A DNA stretch of 64,000 nucleotides from an uncultured Chloroflexia bacterium (GTDB lineage Bacteria; Chloroflexota; Chloroflexia; Thermomicrobiales; UBA6265): NCBI GenBank assembly GCA_963724295.1, contig CAVRUC010000004.1, forward strand, positions 64,001-128,000. Reading direction: 5' to 3'. The stretch's first letter is position 1. Each line of letters starts with the position of its first letter. The position numbers and the translations under genes are program-made. Shown one piece after another: positions 43,113 through 53,914 of the stretch. Below the pieces are notes generated by a model. It saw nothing but the letters and a program-made list of their open reading frames with translations, had not been told where the DNA came from and searched no databases.

Positions 43113-44249
43113 TCATGCCCGAGCTTTCGTTACGCCGTACAGACCGCGGCGGAACACGGGCGACGCCTCGGGAAGTGCTAGGTCAGCGATTCCAGCCGAG
43201 CCCTTCGTATAGACCGGATGGTCTCCGGGCAAAGGCAGCGTGACTTCCGCCACCAGCGCCGCCGAGACGTAGGCACCAAGCACGGCGGCGAGAACGCGTA
43301 ACCCGCTCTCGCCGCTGGCGATGGGCTCCGCGTTCGCCGCGACCGCGTCACGGAAATCACCGGCGATACCGGCCATGCCGTAGGCGATAGCGTCACGTGG
43401 GGTCCACGACCGGCTACCCGACTCCGTGACGACGTCCAGCCGTGCGGCCGGGACGAATGGGTGGGTGCCGAAGTCGATGTTGGTCATCACCACGCGGCCC
43501 CGGGTGCCGCCGATCTCGACGCCGCCCGGCCCGACGCCCCAGGCCATATTGACCAGTGCCTGGCCGCTGGCATAGACGTAGCGGACGAGGGCGATGTCTT
43601 CCACGTCACCGTCGCCTTCGAGTCGCTTGTCGACCCAGGCCGACACGGCCAGAGGCGGACCTCCCATGAACCAGTTGGCGAGATAGACAACGTGCAGCAT
43701 GTCCATCAGCACGCCGCCGCCGGAATCTGCGGCGCGGTGTCGCCAGCGCGGGCTGTACGCCGCCGCGCCCGGGCGGTCTTCGACCCCCAGGTAGTTGAGC
43801 ACGGCGATTTCCGGCTGGCCGATCTCCCCTGAGTCGAGCACCGCTTTGATGTCCCGATAGACCGGCATGAAGTGGTAGTTATGGACCGTGGCCAGCGTGA
43901 CGCCGTTGGCGTGCGAAGCGTCGATCATGGCCTGCGCGTCGGCGGGCGTCAGCGCCAGCGGCTTCTCCGCCAGGACATGCTTGCCAGCCCCGGCCGCCGC
44001 GATTACGATCTCCGGCCGATAGCGCTGCGGCGTGGCGACGATCACCGCCTCGACATCCTCTCGCGAGAGAATCTCGCGCCAGTCGCCGTGGAGATCGCCG
44101 GGACCGAGTCCCGCCGCGGCAGCGGCCGCCTGAAGCCGTTCCGGGGTCGGGTCCGCCGCGGCGGCGATCGTCATCCCCTCGTTCGCCAGCACCGCTGGGA
44201 TGTGCGCGTTGACCCCGACGTTGCCGCACCCGATCAACCCGATTCGCAT
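43113..44249 (-). CDS. Gfo/Idh/MocA-family oxidoreductase
   Basis: MRIGLIGCG, GKHVLAEKP, GGGVLMDMLH. Confidence 0.93.
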   Translation of the reverse strand: MRIGLIGCGNVGVNAHIPAVLANEGMTIAAAADPTPERLQAAAAAAGLGPGDLHGDWREILSREDVEAVIVATPQRYRPEIVIAAAGAGKHVLAEKPLALTPADAQAMIDASHANGVTLATVHNYHFMPVYRDIKAVLDSGEIGQPEIAVLNYLGVEDRPGAAAYSPRWRHRAADSGGGVLMDMLHVVYLANWFMGGPPLAVSAWVDKRLEGDGDVEDIALVRYVYASGQALVNMAWGVGPGGVEIGGTRGRVVMTNIDFGTHPFVPAARLDVVTESGSRSWTPRDAIAYGMAGIAGDFRDAVAANAEPIASGESGLRVLAAVLGAYVSAALVAEVTLPLPGDHPVYTKGSAGIADLALPEASPVFRRGLYGVTKARA

Positions 44250-44443
44250 GCTCGCTCTCCGCGCTTCAAGCTGGACCATCTGACGCAGCGGAAGCACCGT
44301 CCGCTCCACGCCGGCGATGCCGTGCACGTAGACGGATGAGAATGAATGTTTCGACAGCGCCGGGCGACACTAGCAACATGCCTCAGCACTGTCAACAATC
44401 GGCTGATGCGGACTCGGGGAGTATGATGTCGCCGTAGGGGCGA

Positions 44444-45808
44444 TTGCCCGCCATCGGCTCGATTCGCGGAGACGCCGCGCCCGTGATTGGTCCAGACCAT
44501 CCAGCCCGAGGATTGATTCGGGCTTCTGACGTAGATCCAGCCACAACCCGGGATCGTGTCGCCCCATATGCCTGGGTCGTCGTCGCGGTCCTCGCCTTCA
44601 CCCTCACCATCGCCTCCGGCGCGCGGTTCCTCTTCGGCGTCGTGCTCAAGCCGATCTCGGAGGAGTTCGGCTGGAACCGCGCGCAGCTCACCGGTGCGGT
44701 CATGCTCGCCATGATCGTGCTCTCCATCTGCCAGCCGCTCGTCGGCCTGTTGGTGGACCGCATCGGAGCGAAGAAGATCCTCGTCGGCGGGATCGCGCTC
44801 CTCGGTGTCTCGCTGATTCCCTTTGCCTTCGCGACCAGTCTCTGGCAGATCTACGTCCTGTACGGAGTGCTGATCTCGTTGGGGCTGGCCGCGGCCTCGC
44901 CGGTCCTGACCACCTCGATCGTCGGCCGCTGGTTCACCCACAATCGCGGTCTGGCCATGTCGGTGGCCACGTCCGGCTCGGCCTTCGGTCAGCTCCTGAT
45001 CGTGCCGGTAGCTACCTGGATCATGCTGGCGACCTCGTGGCAAACGACGTACCAGGTTCTCGCGGTGGCGCTACTGGCTGTCGCCCTGCCAATCAGCGCC
45101 ATCTTCTTGCGAGACGCGCCGCCCGCGGCTGTGGCCGCGGGCGAGGCCCCAGCGCCGGAGGAGGGCCTGACGCTGCGGGAGGCCGTCGCGCACCCCGCAT
45201 TCTGGATCCTGGCGTTCGGGTTCGTCGTCTGCGGCTGGACGATGGCCTTCCCCAACACCCACTTTCTGGCCTACGCCGACGACATGGGGATGTCGGTCCT
45301 GCACGCGGCCAATACCATCTCCGTCACCGCAATCTTCAGCATTTTGGGCAGTGTCCTGCTTGGTCTGGCCGCGGATCGATTCCGGCGCACGTCGGTGTTG
45401 GCACTGACCTATGCGCTGCGCGGCCTGGCGTTCCTGCTCCTGTTCTGGCTGCCAGCCGGGAACCTCCTCTACGTCTACGGCCTCGTCCTCGGCATCTCGT
45501 GGACTGCCACAACCCCACTCACCGCCGCCATCGCCGCCGACCGCTACGGTCCGAAGCATCTCGGTTTTATTTTTGGCTCCCTCTTCACCTTCATGAATCT
45601 CGGTTTTGGCTTCGGATCTCTCCTGGGCGGGGTGATCTTCGAGATGACTGGCGGCTACCAGCTGGCCTTGATCGTCAACGTCGCGCTCGGGCTCGCGGCG
45701 ACCGTCCTTGTGTTCCTCGTGCCGCACCTCGGGCACGAGCGCCAACGGCGACTCTCGCCCACGACAACGCCAGAATCCAGGTCGATCCCCGCCCGCGCCA
45801 CCGGCTGA
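44444..45808 (+). CDS. MFS transporter
   Basis: About 12 TM segments; GLLVDRIGAK and GLAADRFRR loops. Start uncertain. Confidence 0.93.
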   Translation: MPAIGSIRGDAAPVIGPDHPARGLIRASDVDPATTRDRVAPYAWVVVAVLAFTLTIASGARFLFGVVLKPISEEFGWNRAQLTGAVMLAMIVLSICQPLVGLLVDRIGAKKILVGGIALLGVSLIPFAFATSLWQIYVLYGVLISLGLAAASPVLTTSIVGRWFTHNRGLAMSVATSGSAFGQLLIVPVATWIMLATSWQTTYQVLAVALLAVALPISAIFLRDAPPAAVAAGEAPAPEEGLTLREAVAHPAFWILAFGFVVCGWTMAFPNTHFLAYADDMGMSVLHAANTISVTAIFSILGSVLLGLAADRFRRTSVLALTYALRGLAFLLLFWLPAGNLLYVYGLVLGISWTATTPLTAAIAADRYGPKHLGFIFGSLFTFMNLGFGFGSLLGGVIFEMTGGYQLALIVNVALGLAATVLVFLVPHLGHERQRRLSPTTTPESRSIPARATG

Positions 45809-45928
45809 TTGCCGCGGCACGGGTCTTGCCCACCCCGCAAAGGTGCCGTATGCTCTCGGGTCGAGCCACGTCCGCCGCGCGACGCGGCCATACTCCAGGC
45901 TCCCAACGACGACGCGAAAAGGAGCGCC

Positions 45929-46876
45929 ATGCCGGCGATGCGGGATTTCTTCCAGCGCCGGGGCAAGTTTCGTCCCGAACAAGCGGACGAGGAGCGCGCC
46001 GATCTTCAGATCCCGGAGGATCTGTGGATCAAATGCCCTAGCTGCGGCGAGCTGATCTACTCGCGCGAGCTCGAACGCAGCTCACAGGTCTGCCCGAAAT
46101 GTTCCTACCACTTCCGGTTGCGCGCCCGCGAGCGCATTGCCCAGTTGAGCGACCCCGGCTCATTCGTCGAGCTCCATGCTGACGTCCAGCCCGAAGATCC
46201 GCTCGGCTTTGTCGATGGCGCCGGTTCATACGACCAGAAGCTGGAGCAGACCCAAAACAAGTCCGGCGAGCCCGAGGCCCTCGTCGTCGGCGCGGCCACG
46301 ATCGGCGGCGTGCCGGCGACACTGGCTGTGAGCGACTTCGAGTTCCTCGGCGCCAGCATGGGGTCGGTCTACGGCGAGAAGCTCGTTCGCGCTGTCGAAT
46401 CGGCTGCCGACCGCGGGACGCCGCTGATTACGGTTTCCTCGTCCGGCGGCGCCCGCATGCATGAAGGTCTTTTCTCGCTCATGCAGATGGCCAAGACCGT
46501 CGCCGCCCTGGCGCGGCTGGGACGGGCGGGCGTGCCGCACATCGCCCTGCTCGCGGATCCCTGCTACGGGGGCGTGACGGCGTCCTACGCCACGGTCGCC
46601 GACGTGGTGCTGTCCGAGCCCGGCGCCCTTATCGGATTTGCCGGTCCCAGGGTCATCGAGCAGATCACGCGCCAGAAGCTCCCCGCGGGATTTCAGACCG
46701 CCGAGTTTCTGCTCGCGCACGGCATGATCGACATGATCGTGCCCCGGGCAGAGCTTACGCCCACCCTTGCCACTCTGGTCCGGCACTACGTGCGGCCAGC
46801 ACGCGAGCTGCCGCGGGATGGCGAGGTGGAGATTCCCCGGTCGCTCCCTGAACCGGCGGTGGCCGGCGATGACTGA
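45929..46876 (+). CDS. accD: Acetyl-CoA carboxylase carboxyltransferase beta subunit
   Basis: LWIKCPSC...[24 protein letters not shown]. Confidence 0.97.
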   Translation: MPAMRDFFQRRGKFRPEQADEERADLQIPEDLWIKCPSCGELIYSRELERSSQVCPKCSYHFRLRARERIAQLSDPGSFVELHADVQPEDPLGFVDGAGSYDQKLEQTQNKSGEPEALVVGAATIGGVPATLAVSDFEFLGASMGSVYGEKLVRAVESAADRGTPLITVSSSGGARMHEGLFSLMQMAKTVAALARLGRAGVPHIALLADPCYGGVTASYATVADVVLSEPGALIGFAGPRVIEQITRQKLPAGFQTAEFLLAHGMIDMIVPRAELTPTLATLVRHYVRPARELPRDGEVEIPRSLPEPAVAGDD

Positions 46877-47774
46877 GACGGCCACCGTGGTCAGCTCCAC
46901 CGGGGTAGGGACCGTGTCGGCCTGGGAGCGCGTCAAACTGGCGCGCCATGCCGAGCGGCCGCATGCCCTGGCCTACCTCAATGCCCTGATGACTGATTGG
47001 GTCGAGCTCCATGGCGACCGCTCCTTTGGCGACGATCTCGCGCTGATCGGCGGGCTGGCGTCGTTCGACGATCAGACGGTGATGGTCCTCGGGCACCAAA
47101 AAGGGAACGACACCAAGGAGAACATCACCCGCAACTTCGGCATGGCTCGGCCGGAGGGGTACCGCAAAGCCGAACGGTTGATGCGGCATGCTGAGAAGTT
47201 TGGATTTCCGGTAATCACGTTTATCGACACCCCCGGGGCGGAACCCGGCATTGGTTCGGAGGAGCGTGGTCAGGCGACGGCGATCGCGGAGAGCCTGCTG
47301 ACCATGGCAGACCTGGGGGTGCCGACGATCGCCGTTGTCATCGGCGAGGGTGGCTCGGGTGGCGCGCTGGCTATCGGCGTCGCCGATCGCATTCTGATGC
47401 TCGAGAACGCGATCTACGCCGTCGCTTCTCCGGAAGCCTGTGCGGCCATCCTCTGGAAAGACGCCGCGCGCGCCGCCGAAGCAGCTGAGACGATGCGCAT
47501 TACCGCGGCCGATCTGGCTGGGTTCGGTATCGTCGACGAGGTCATCGCCGAACCTGTGCCCGCCCACGAGCAGCCGAAGGAGGCGATCCGGGCTACTGGC
47601 GAGGTCATCGCCCGCCATCTGCGAGAGCTCGTTCGCGAGTTTCCACGGGGCGACGCCGGCGCGATCGAGCGTTTGCGCGCTGCTCGGCACGATCGATTCC
47701 GTCGCATCGGGGCCTGGCGAGAGACCGCGCCGGGCGCGAATGGGCTCGACGCCGCGCCTGTCCCTCCGCGCTAG
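46869..47774 (+). CDS. accA: Acetyl-CoA carboxylase carboxyltransferase alpha subunit
   Basis: [28 protein letters not shown]. Confidence 0.97.
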   Translation: MTETATVVSSTGVGTVSAWERVKLARHAERPHALAYLNALMTDWVELHGDRSFGDDLALIGGLASFDDQTVMVLGHQKGNDTKENITRNFGMARPEGYRKAERLMRHAEKFGFPVITFIDTPGAEPGIGSEERGQATAIAESLLTMADLGVPTIAVVIGEGGSGGALAIGVADRILMLENAIYAVASPEACAAILWKDAARAAEAAETMRITAADLAGFGIVDEVIAEPVPAHEQPKEAIRATGEVIARHLRELVREFPRGDAGAIERLRAARHDRFRRIGAWRETAPGANGLDAAPVPPR

Positions 47775-48451
47775 ACCGCCTCCTCGGCGCCGAGATCGAT
47801 CCAGCCATGACGCAGTGCGTAGATGACGGCCTGCGTGCGGTCGTTGACCTGCAGCTTGCGCAAGATGGAGGTGATGTTGTTCTTGACCGTTTGGTCCGAG
47901 ATGGACAGGATGCTGGAGATCTCCTTGTTGCTCAGGCCCTGCGAGACGAAGCCCAGGATCTCGATCTCACGCGGGCTCAATGGCGAGTAATCCTCGCTCT
48001 CCAGGGCGTCACGCCGACTGGCGGAGCGGACTTCGTCCAGCAGCCGAGCAGATATAAAGGACGGCGTCGACGCTTCCATCTCCGGCGCCGCAACATAGCG
48101 AATGAGGCGCACCAGCTCGTCGATCTCGATCGCCTTGGCGGCAAAAGCATCGGCCCCGCAGCGGATGGCGGCGAAAAGGTGCCCGTCGTCCTCGTGCATG
48201 GTCAGAATCACGATGGCGGTCCGGGGATGCCGGCGCTTGACCGCGCGCGCGACGTCGAAACCCGACATCGTCGGCAGGCTGATGTCGAGGAGGACTACGT
48301 CCGGTGCGAATTGGTCCGCCGCGTGAATCGCCGTCGGCCCGTCGGCCGCCTCGGCGACCACAAGGAGATCTCGCTCCCCTTCCAGACTCATGCGAATCCC
48401 CCGCCGGAAGAGCGGGTGGTCGTCGACGACGAGAATCCCGATCCGGTTCAT
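47771..48451 (-). CDS. NarL/DegU-type response regulator
   Basis: [18 protein letters not shown]...[14 protein letters not shown]. Confidence 0.95.
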   Translation of the reverse strand: MNRIGILVVDDHPLFRRGIRMSLEGERDLLVVAEAADGPTAIHAADQFAPDVVLLDISLPTMSGFDVARAVKRRHPRTAIVILTMHEDDGHLFAAIRCGADAFAAKAIEIDELVRLIRYVAAPEMEASTPSFISARLLDEVRSASRRDALESEDYSPLSPREIEILGFVSQGLSNKEISSILSISDQTVKNNITSILRKLQVNDRTQAVIYALRHGWIDLGAEEAV

Positions 48452-48476
48452 CCCTCACGCTCCTTCGCGTTCACGT

Positions 48477-49175
48477 TCAACCTCTCTCACTTCCCGGCGG
48501 CGACGGCCAGACCAGCGGCAAGGGCAACATCACCGCGATTCGCGTCCCGGCGCCGGGCGCCGACTCGACCCGCAGCGTGCCCCCCAGAAGCTCCGCTCGC
48601 TCACGCATGCCAGGCAATCCGTCGCCTCTGCTGGACCAGCCAATCTCCGGCTCCCACAAGAAGCCACGTCCATCGTCGACAACAAGCAACTCCGCGACAC
48701 CTGGCCTCACCGCGAGCGACACCCGGACGCGGCTTGCCACGCCATGCCGACGGGCATTGCTGACCGCCTCCTGCGCGATGCGGAAGAGCGCGAGCTCGAC
48801 GTCTGCCGGCAATCGCTCTCCCCCGCCGATACCCTCGGTCTCGATCGATACCTCCGTCCCCCACAACGGTGGCATGGCGGCCAGCCCGTTCAGAGCGGCG
48901 ACGAGCCCGCGCTCCTCCAGGAGACGCGGCCGCAGCCCGGCCATCAGCGCCCGCACGTCGTCGAGCGCATCGCGCACCATCGCCCGCGCGGCGAGGAGCT
49001 CCTCGCGCGCTGTCGACGACGCGCGATCGAGCGCGCTGACCGCGAGATCGACTCCGAACAACGCCGCCGCCAACGACTGCGCCGGACCATCGTGGAGGTC
49101 GCGCGCCAGACTTCGCCGCTCCACTTCGCGGGCGCTGGGCGGACTGTCCGCGGTGGCGGACGGCCGGTCGTGCAT
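48477..49175 (-). CDS. HisKA_3 histidine kinase without a sensor domain
   Basis: ERRSLARDLHDG, RIAQEAVSNARRH, DDGRGF, GLPGMRERA. Confidence 0.9.
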   Translation of the reverse strand: MHDRPSATADSPPSAREVERRSLARDLHDGPAQSLAAALFGVDLAVSALDRASSTAREELLAARAMVRDALDDVRALMAGLRPRLLEERGLVAALNGLAAMPPLWGTEVSIETEGIGGGERLPADVELALFRIAQEAVSNARRHGVASRVRVSLAVRPGVAELLVVDDGRGFLWEPEIGWSSRGDGLPGMRERAELLGGTLRVESAPGAGTRIAVMLPLPLVWPSPPGSERG

Positions 49176-49230
49176 CGCCGGCTTCACGCGCCTCCCGGCT
49201 GCCATCGCCGATCAGGCTCCTCCAGATCAC

Positions 49231-49268
49231 AAAAGACCGCCGCCCCACGGGGTGTGGAGCGGCGGGTC
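49231..49268 (-). terminator. Rho-independent terminator after the MBL gene
   Basis: CCGCCGCTCCAC...GTGGGGCGGCGG-TCTTTT on the minus strand. Confidence 0.6.
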
Positions 49269-49318
49269 CATACGCGAAGTATACGGATCAGGGGGGTGTA
49301 CGTACAGTCCTTTCCTGG

Positions 49319-50138
49319 TCAGCCGGCGGGCGGCAGGTGGAACGAGAAGCGCCCAAACTCGTGGTCCGCGGTGCGATACCCGTAGAGGTTGCCATGCCCG
49401 TCGGGCGGTCGCCCGGCATAGACCGTTTCGTAGGCAGCGCGAATAGCACGCACGTCATCGGGCCCAAGCGGCACGGAATCATGGGCCGGGTAAATCGTGT
49501 CGACGTCGGCGACGATCTCCTCGGCGAGACAGAGTGACTGGCGAAATGCGGCCGGGTCACTTCCCGGAAAGAAGAGGAGCATTCGCCCCAGGTAGAGAAG
49601 ATCACCGACGAAGAACACTCGCGCCTCGCGGTCGAGAAAGGAGACGCCACCCGGCGAGTGACCCGGGGTGTGAAAGATCTCCAGAACGCGGTCGCCGAGG
49701 TCGATGCGGTCTCCATGCCGTAACGACCCGGTCGGCACGCAACCGGGAATACCAGAGCTGGGATCGAAGTCGCTGGGAAGCCGGGCCGGATCCACCGATT
49801 CGGGTGAGAACTGCGCGGCGAAGCGATCAGCCGGATACCCGGCGCGAAGCTTCTCGGCCTCGGACGGGTGAACGAGCACGTCGTCGAAACGGAAGCTGGC
49901 GCCGATGTGGTCCCAGTCCGCGTGCGTCTGCAGGACGCGAGGGACGCCGCGGGGAGAGCGAGGCAACGAGACCGGCGAAGTCCCCGGCGCCCGTCCCCGT
50001 GTCCAGCACCGCAACGTCCCGGCTACCTTCGATCAGGTAGCTCTTGACATCTTCGCGATGATGCGGCTCCCGGATCATGGTCACCGCGTGCGGAAATCGC
50101 CGTACCTCGAACCATCCTCGATCTGTCACCTCATTCAC
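49319..50138 (-). CDS. Metallo-beta-lactamase-fold hydrolase; frameshift at ~49960
   Basis: YLIEG..DTGTG in one frame; THADWDHIG, HTPGHSPG, GDL, PAH in the next. Confidence 0.88.
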
Positions 50139-50201
50139 GCTCGCTACCACGCCCCAGCAACCGGCTCCCAATCCCGTCGGTTGTGCTCAGTCGTTCCTCG
50201 A

Positions 50202-52019
50202 TCATGGCTCTCCTGTCACCGCCGTCTCCTCGTCCAGCCGTCCCACCAGACCGGCCAGCTCCTCGTCGTCGAGCTTGCGGAACAGCGGCTGTGGCGGCGG
50301 TAGGGCTCGCCCGGCCGGCAGCTCGCGGAACGCCCAGGGCAGCGCGTGCACATCGTCCTCATCGCCGAGGTACTCGTGCAGCTGTTGCGCCGAGAACGGC
50401 AGATAGGGAGCGGTCAGCACCCGCAGCGCGCTCACCACCTGGAGCGCCGTCCAGAGGGAAGTCGCCGCTCGCTGGGGATCGGTCTTGAGCGTCTTCCAGG
50501 GGGCGGCCTCATCGAGATAGCGGTTCAGCGCGCTGGCCAGCAACATCACCGAGAGCAGCCCGTCGCGCAGGTGGACGGCCTCGATCTGCGCGCCGACTGT
50601 TTCGAATGTCGCTCGCGCTCGCTCCAGCATGGCCTCATCCGCTGCTGACAGCGGGCCAGGTTGCGGCACGACCCCACCGAAGCGCGACTGCGTGAACGAC
50701 AGCAGCCGGTGGACGGCGTTGCCGTAGGTCGCGACCAGCTCGTCGTTGTTCCGGCGCTGGAACTCGTCCCAGGAGAAGTCGGTATCGCGGCTCTCGGGAG
50801 CGTTGATGGTCAGGAAGAACCGGATCGCGTCGGCATCGAAGAGATCGAGCGCTTCCGGGAGGAACGGCAGCCGCGAGGTATACGTCCGCGACGACGACAG
50901 CTTCTGCCCGTCGAGGGTCAGGAACTCGTTGGCCGGTACATCAAAGGGCAGGGCGAGACCGCCGTAGCCCATCAGCATGGCCGGCCAGATGATGGCGTGG
51001 AAGGGGGTGTTGTCCTTACCCACGAAGTAATACGACCGGCCGGGCGGGTTTCCTTCCTCGTCCAGGACCCACCACCGCTTCCAGGCGTCCGGATCACCCC
51101 GCAGCTCGGCCCACTCCATCGACGCCGAGAGATACCCGATCACGGCGTCGAACCAGACGTAGATGCGCTTGTCGTCGAACCCCTCCAGCGGAATGGGCAC
51201 GCCCCAGTCGAGATCGCGAGTGATGGCGCGCGGTCGCAGTCCCTCCTTCAGCCAGCCCTGGACGAACCCCAGCACGGCCGGGCGCCAGTGGCCAGATTCC
51301 GCGTCCACCCAGCTCTGCAGGCGATCCTGGAATTGCGGGAGATCGAGGAAGAAGTGCGTGGTGTCGCGCGTCTCCGGCGTGGCGCCGGAGAGCTTCGAGC
51401 GCGGATCGATGAGGTCCGTGGGGTCGAGCGTTCGTCCGCAGTTGTCGCACTGGTCTCCCCGGGCATCCTCATAGCCACAGTGCGGGCAGGTGCCTTCGAC
51501 GTAGCGATCGGGGAGAAAACGCTGCGCTTCCGGGTCATACATGGCCGGCTGCGTGTCCTGGTAGAGGTAGCCCTGCTCCAGCAACCGCGTGAAGAAATCC
51601 TGCGTTGCTTTGTAATGGATGGGTGTCAACGTGGTGGTGTAGAGATCGTAGCTGAGACCGAGACGGCGGAAGCTCTCGGCGATGCCGAGATGATTGGTCT
51701 CCGCCAGCTCACGCGCGCTCACCCCCAGCTTGTCAGCGGCGACCGTAATCGGGGTGCCGTGCATATCGGACCCGGAGACCATCAGGACGTGGTCGCCGAC
51801 CATGCGGTGGTAGCGGGCGAAGATGTCGGGTGGCACGTACGCCCCGGCGGCATGTCCCAGGTGACGGGGACCACTCGCGTACGGCCACGCGACGCCGACC
51901 AGAATGTACGCGGGGTGGCGGGGTGGCGAGGTTGCGGGGTCGCGGGACGATGGTTCTTCCAGCGCCCCAGTCACCCCGCTACCCCGCGACCCGCGTCCTA
52001 CTTTCGACTCACGACTCAC
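50202..52019 (-). CDS. metG: Methionyl-tRNA synthetase (short form) with a repeat-derived N-terminal extension
   Basis: AWPYASGPRHLGH, zinc knuckles, YVWFDA, GKDN, KLSSS. Confidence 0.97.
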   Translation of the reverse strand: MSRESKVGRGSRGSGVTGALEEPSSRDPATSPPRHPAYILVGVAWPYASGPRHLGHAAGAYVPPDIFARYHRMVGDHVLMVSGSDMHGTPITVAADKLGVSARELAETNHLGIAESFRRLGLSYDLYTTTLTPIHYKATQDFFTRLLEQGYLYQDTQPAMYDPEAQRFLPDRYVEGTCPHCGYEDARGDQCDNCGRTLDPTDLIDPRSKLSGATPETRDTTHFFLDLPQFQDRLQSWVDAESGHWRPAVLGFVQGWLKEGLRPRAITRDLDWGVPIPLEGFDDKRIYVWFDAVIGYLSASMEWAELRGDPDAWKRWWVLDEEGNPPGRSYYFVGKDNTPFHAIIWPAMLMGYGGLALPFDVPANEFLTLDGQKLSSSRTYTSRLPFLPEALDLFDADAIRFFLTINAPESRDTDFSWDEFQRRNNDELVATYGNAVHRLLSFTQSRFGGVVPQPGPLSAADEAMLERARATFETVGAQIEAVHLRDGLLSVMLLASALNRYLDEAAPWKTLKTDPQRAATSLWTALQVVSALRVLTAPYLPFSAQQLHEYLGDEDDVHALPWAFRELPAGRALPPPQPLFRKLDDEELAGLVGRLDEETAVTGEP

Positions 52020-52034
52020 GACTCACCGACTCAC
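51909..52034. repeat. Octamer inverted array plus four GACTCAC heptamers at the GT2/metG junction
   Basis: GCGGGGTG-like x4 then ACCCCGC-like x3; GACTCAC at 52006, 52013, 52020 and 52028. Confidence 0.75.
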
Positions 52035-52849
52035 AATACCGGCCTCGTCTCGCGGCGATCCAAACGTCCAACACATCACGCACATTGTGCCAAGTATCCC
52101 GAGCCGGTCGCACCTTGCTCCCCTCGCCATAGCGCCAGACGACAGGCACCGGGCAGATGCGATACCCATTCAGCCGCGCGATGGTCAGCAGCTCGACGTC
52201 GAATGCCGTCACGCGCGGTCCGGCGACGGTCTGCCCCGCATCCCGGTAGAGCCGGGAGCGGAGCAACAGATTCGCGGGCGACTTCAGCGCGAAAGAGCTT
52301 GAACCCGCACTGCGTATCGTGCACGCCCGGGATGAGAAGCAGGCGCACCAGCCCGTTGAATACCCGTCCCATCAGGTGGCGATAGCTTGGCTCCCCGACC
52401 CGCCTCGCTCCGGCACCTTCTCGCGACCCGATCGCGACGTCGCAGCCCGCTGCCAGCGCGGCGCGCAGTTCGGTAAGGTATGAGAGCGGGGTGGCGAGGT
52501 CGGCGTCCGTGAAGGCGATCTGATCGCAGGTTGCCGCCTGCATTCCGGCTCGCACCGCCGCGGCTTTGCCCCCGTGGGCGATCCGTAGCATTCGACCCCG
52601 CCCGAGCTCCGAAAGGGCGCGATCGGCGAGTTCGGCTGTCGCGTCATCGCTGCCGTCGTCGACCACGATCAGTTCGGTGGCAAATGGCTGGCTGTTCAAC
52701 CAGGCACCGGCTTCCCGGATCGTGACATCGATCCGAGCCGCCTCGTTGTAGGCCGGGATGATCAGTGAAAGCGAAGGATCTGCCTGTCGGGTCGAGTCGG
52801 CGCCCCCTACGATGTTCTGCACCGGCTGGACCGTCGTCGAGTCACCCAC
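52009..52849 (-). CDS. Family 2 glycosyltransferase (polyprenol-phosphate glycosyltransferase-like); frameshift at ~52266
   Basis: IIPAYNE, VDDGSDD, FTDADL, DTQCGFK; AFDVELL in the second frame. Confidence 0.9.
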
Positions 52850-53035
52850 GCGGTGGCGAGTCTACCATCGCGACGAAAGGCCCTCCCCCAGCGCTTTCGG
52901 TCAGGCGCCGGGCTCTCGTCGAGCGTGGCGAGGGGTGAAGGGGAGCGCGCGTGGCCGCTGGCAGGGACCATCGAGGTCTGTGGTATGGTCGCCACGGCCC
53001 CGCGCCGCGAACGACGAGTGATGAAGGATAGGTCC

Positions 53036-53914
53036 ATGTGGTTGCTGGGCGCGCATATGTCGGTCGCCGGCGGTCATGCGCTGGCTATCGAACGCGCTAC
53101 GGCGTTCAGCATGACGGCGTGCCAGATCTTTACCAAGAACGCGAACCAGTGGAACGCGAAGCCGATCGCACCCGAGGCCGCGGAGAGCTTCCGCGCCCGG
53201 GTTGAAGCCAGCGAGATCGGCTTCGTCGTGGCGCATGATTCGTATCTGATCAATCTGGCGTCCCCGGACGAAGCCCTCCGGGAACGCTCGATCGCCGCGT
53301 TTGGCGATGAGCTGCAACGCTGCGATCAGCTCGGTGTGCCCTGGCTCGTGACCCACCCCGGCGCCCACATGGGCACGGGGGTCGACGAGGGGGTCGGCCG
53401 CGTCGCCAACGCGTTGAACCGACTCTTCGACGAGCTTCCCGATCTCAATGTGACCGTGCTGCTGGAGACCACCGCCGGACAAGGCACAACCCTGGGCCGC
53501 TCCTTCGAAGAGCTGGCCATGATCCTGGCATTGGTGGAGGATCAGACGCGCGTTGGGGTCTGCTTCGACACCTGTCATGTCTTTGCCGCGGGCTACGACA
53601 TGCGGGATGGCGAGGTCTACACGGCCACGATGCAGGCATTCGACGACACCATCGGTCTGGGCCGGCTGCGCGTCTTCCATCTCAACGATTCGAAGAAGGG
53701 TCTCGGCGCACGGGTGGATCGACACGCCCATATCGGCGACGGCGAACTTGGGACCGAAGCGTTTCGCCTCCTCCTCAACGACGAGCGCTTTGCCGGGCAT
53801 CCTGGCATCCTCGAGACGCCGAAAGGCGACGACGGTGAGGAGGACCGGCGCAATCTGGCCACGCTCGGTGCGCTGGTGAGCGTCGCGGACGCGTCTCTGA
53901 TCGCGACGCCGTGA
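53036..53914 (+). CDS. nfo: Endonuclease IV
   Basis: GAHMSVAGG, HDSYLINL, LLETTAGQG, CFDTCH, HLNDSK, DRHAHIG, ILETP. Confidence 0.97.
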   Translation: MWLLGAHMSVAGGHALAIERATAFSMTACQIFTKNANQWNAKPIAPEAAESFRARVEASEIGFVVAHDSYLINLASPDEALRERSIAAFGDELQRCDQLGVPWLVTHPGAHMGTGVDEGVGRVANALNRLFDELPDLNVTVLLETTAGQGTTLGRSFEELAMILALVEDQTRVGVCFDTCHVFAAGYDMRDGEVYTATMQAFDDTIGLGRLRVFHLNDSKKGLGARVDRHAHIGDGELGTEAFRLLLNDERFAGHPGILETPKGDDGEEDRRNLATLGALVSVADASLIATP

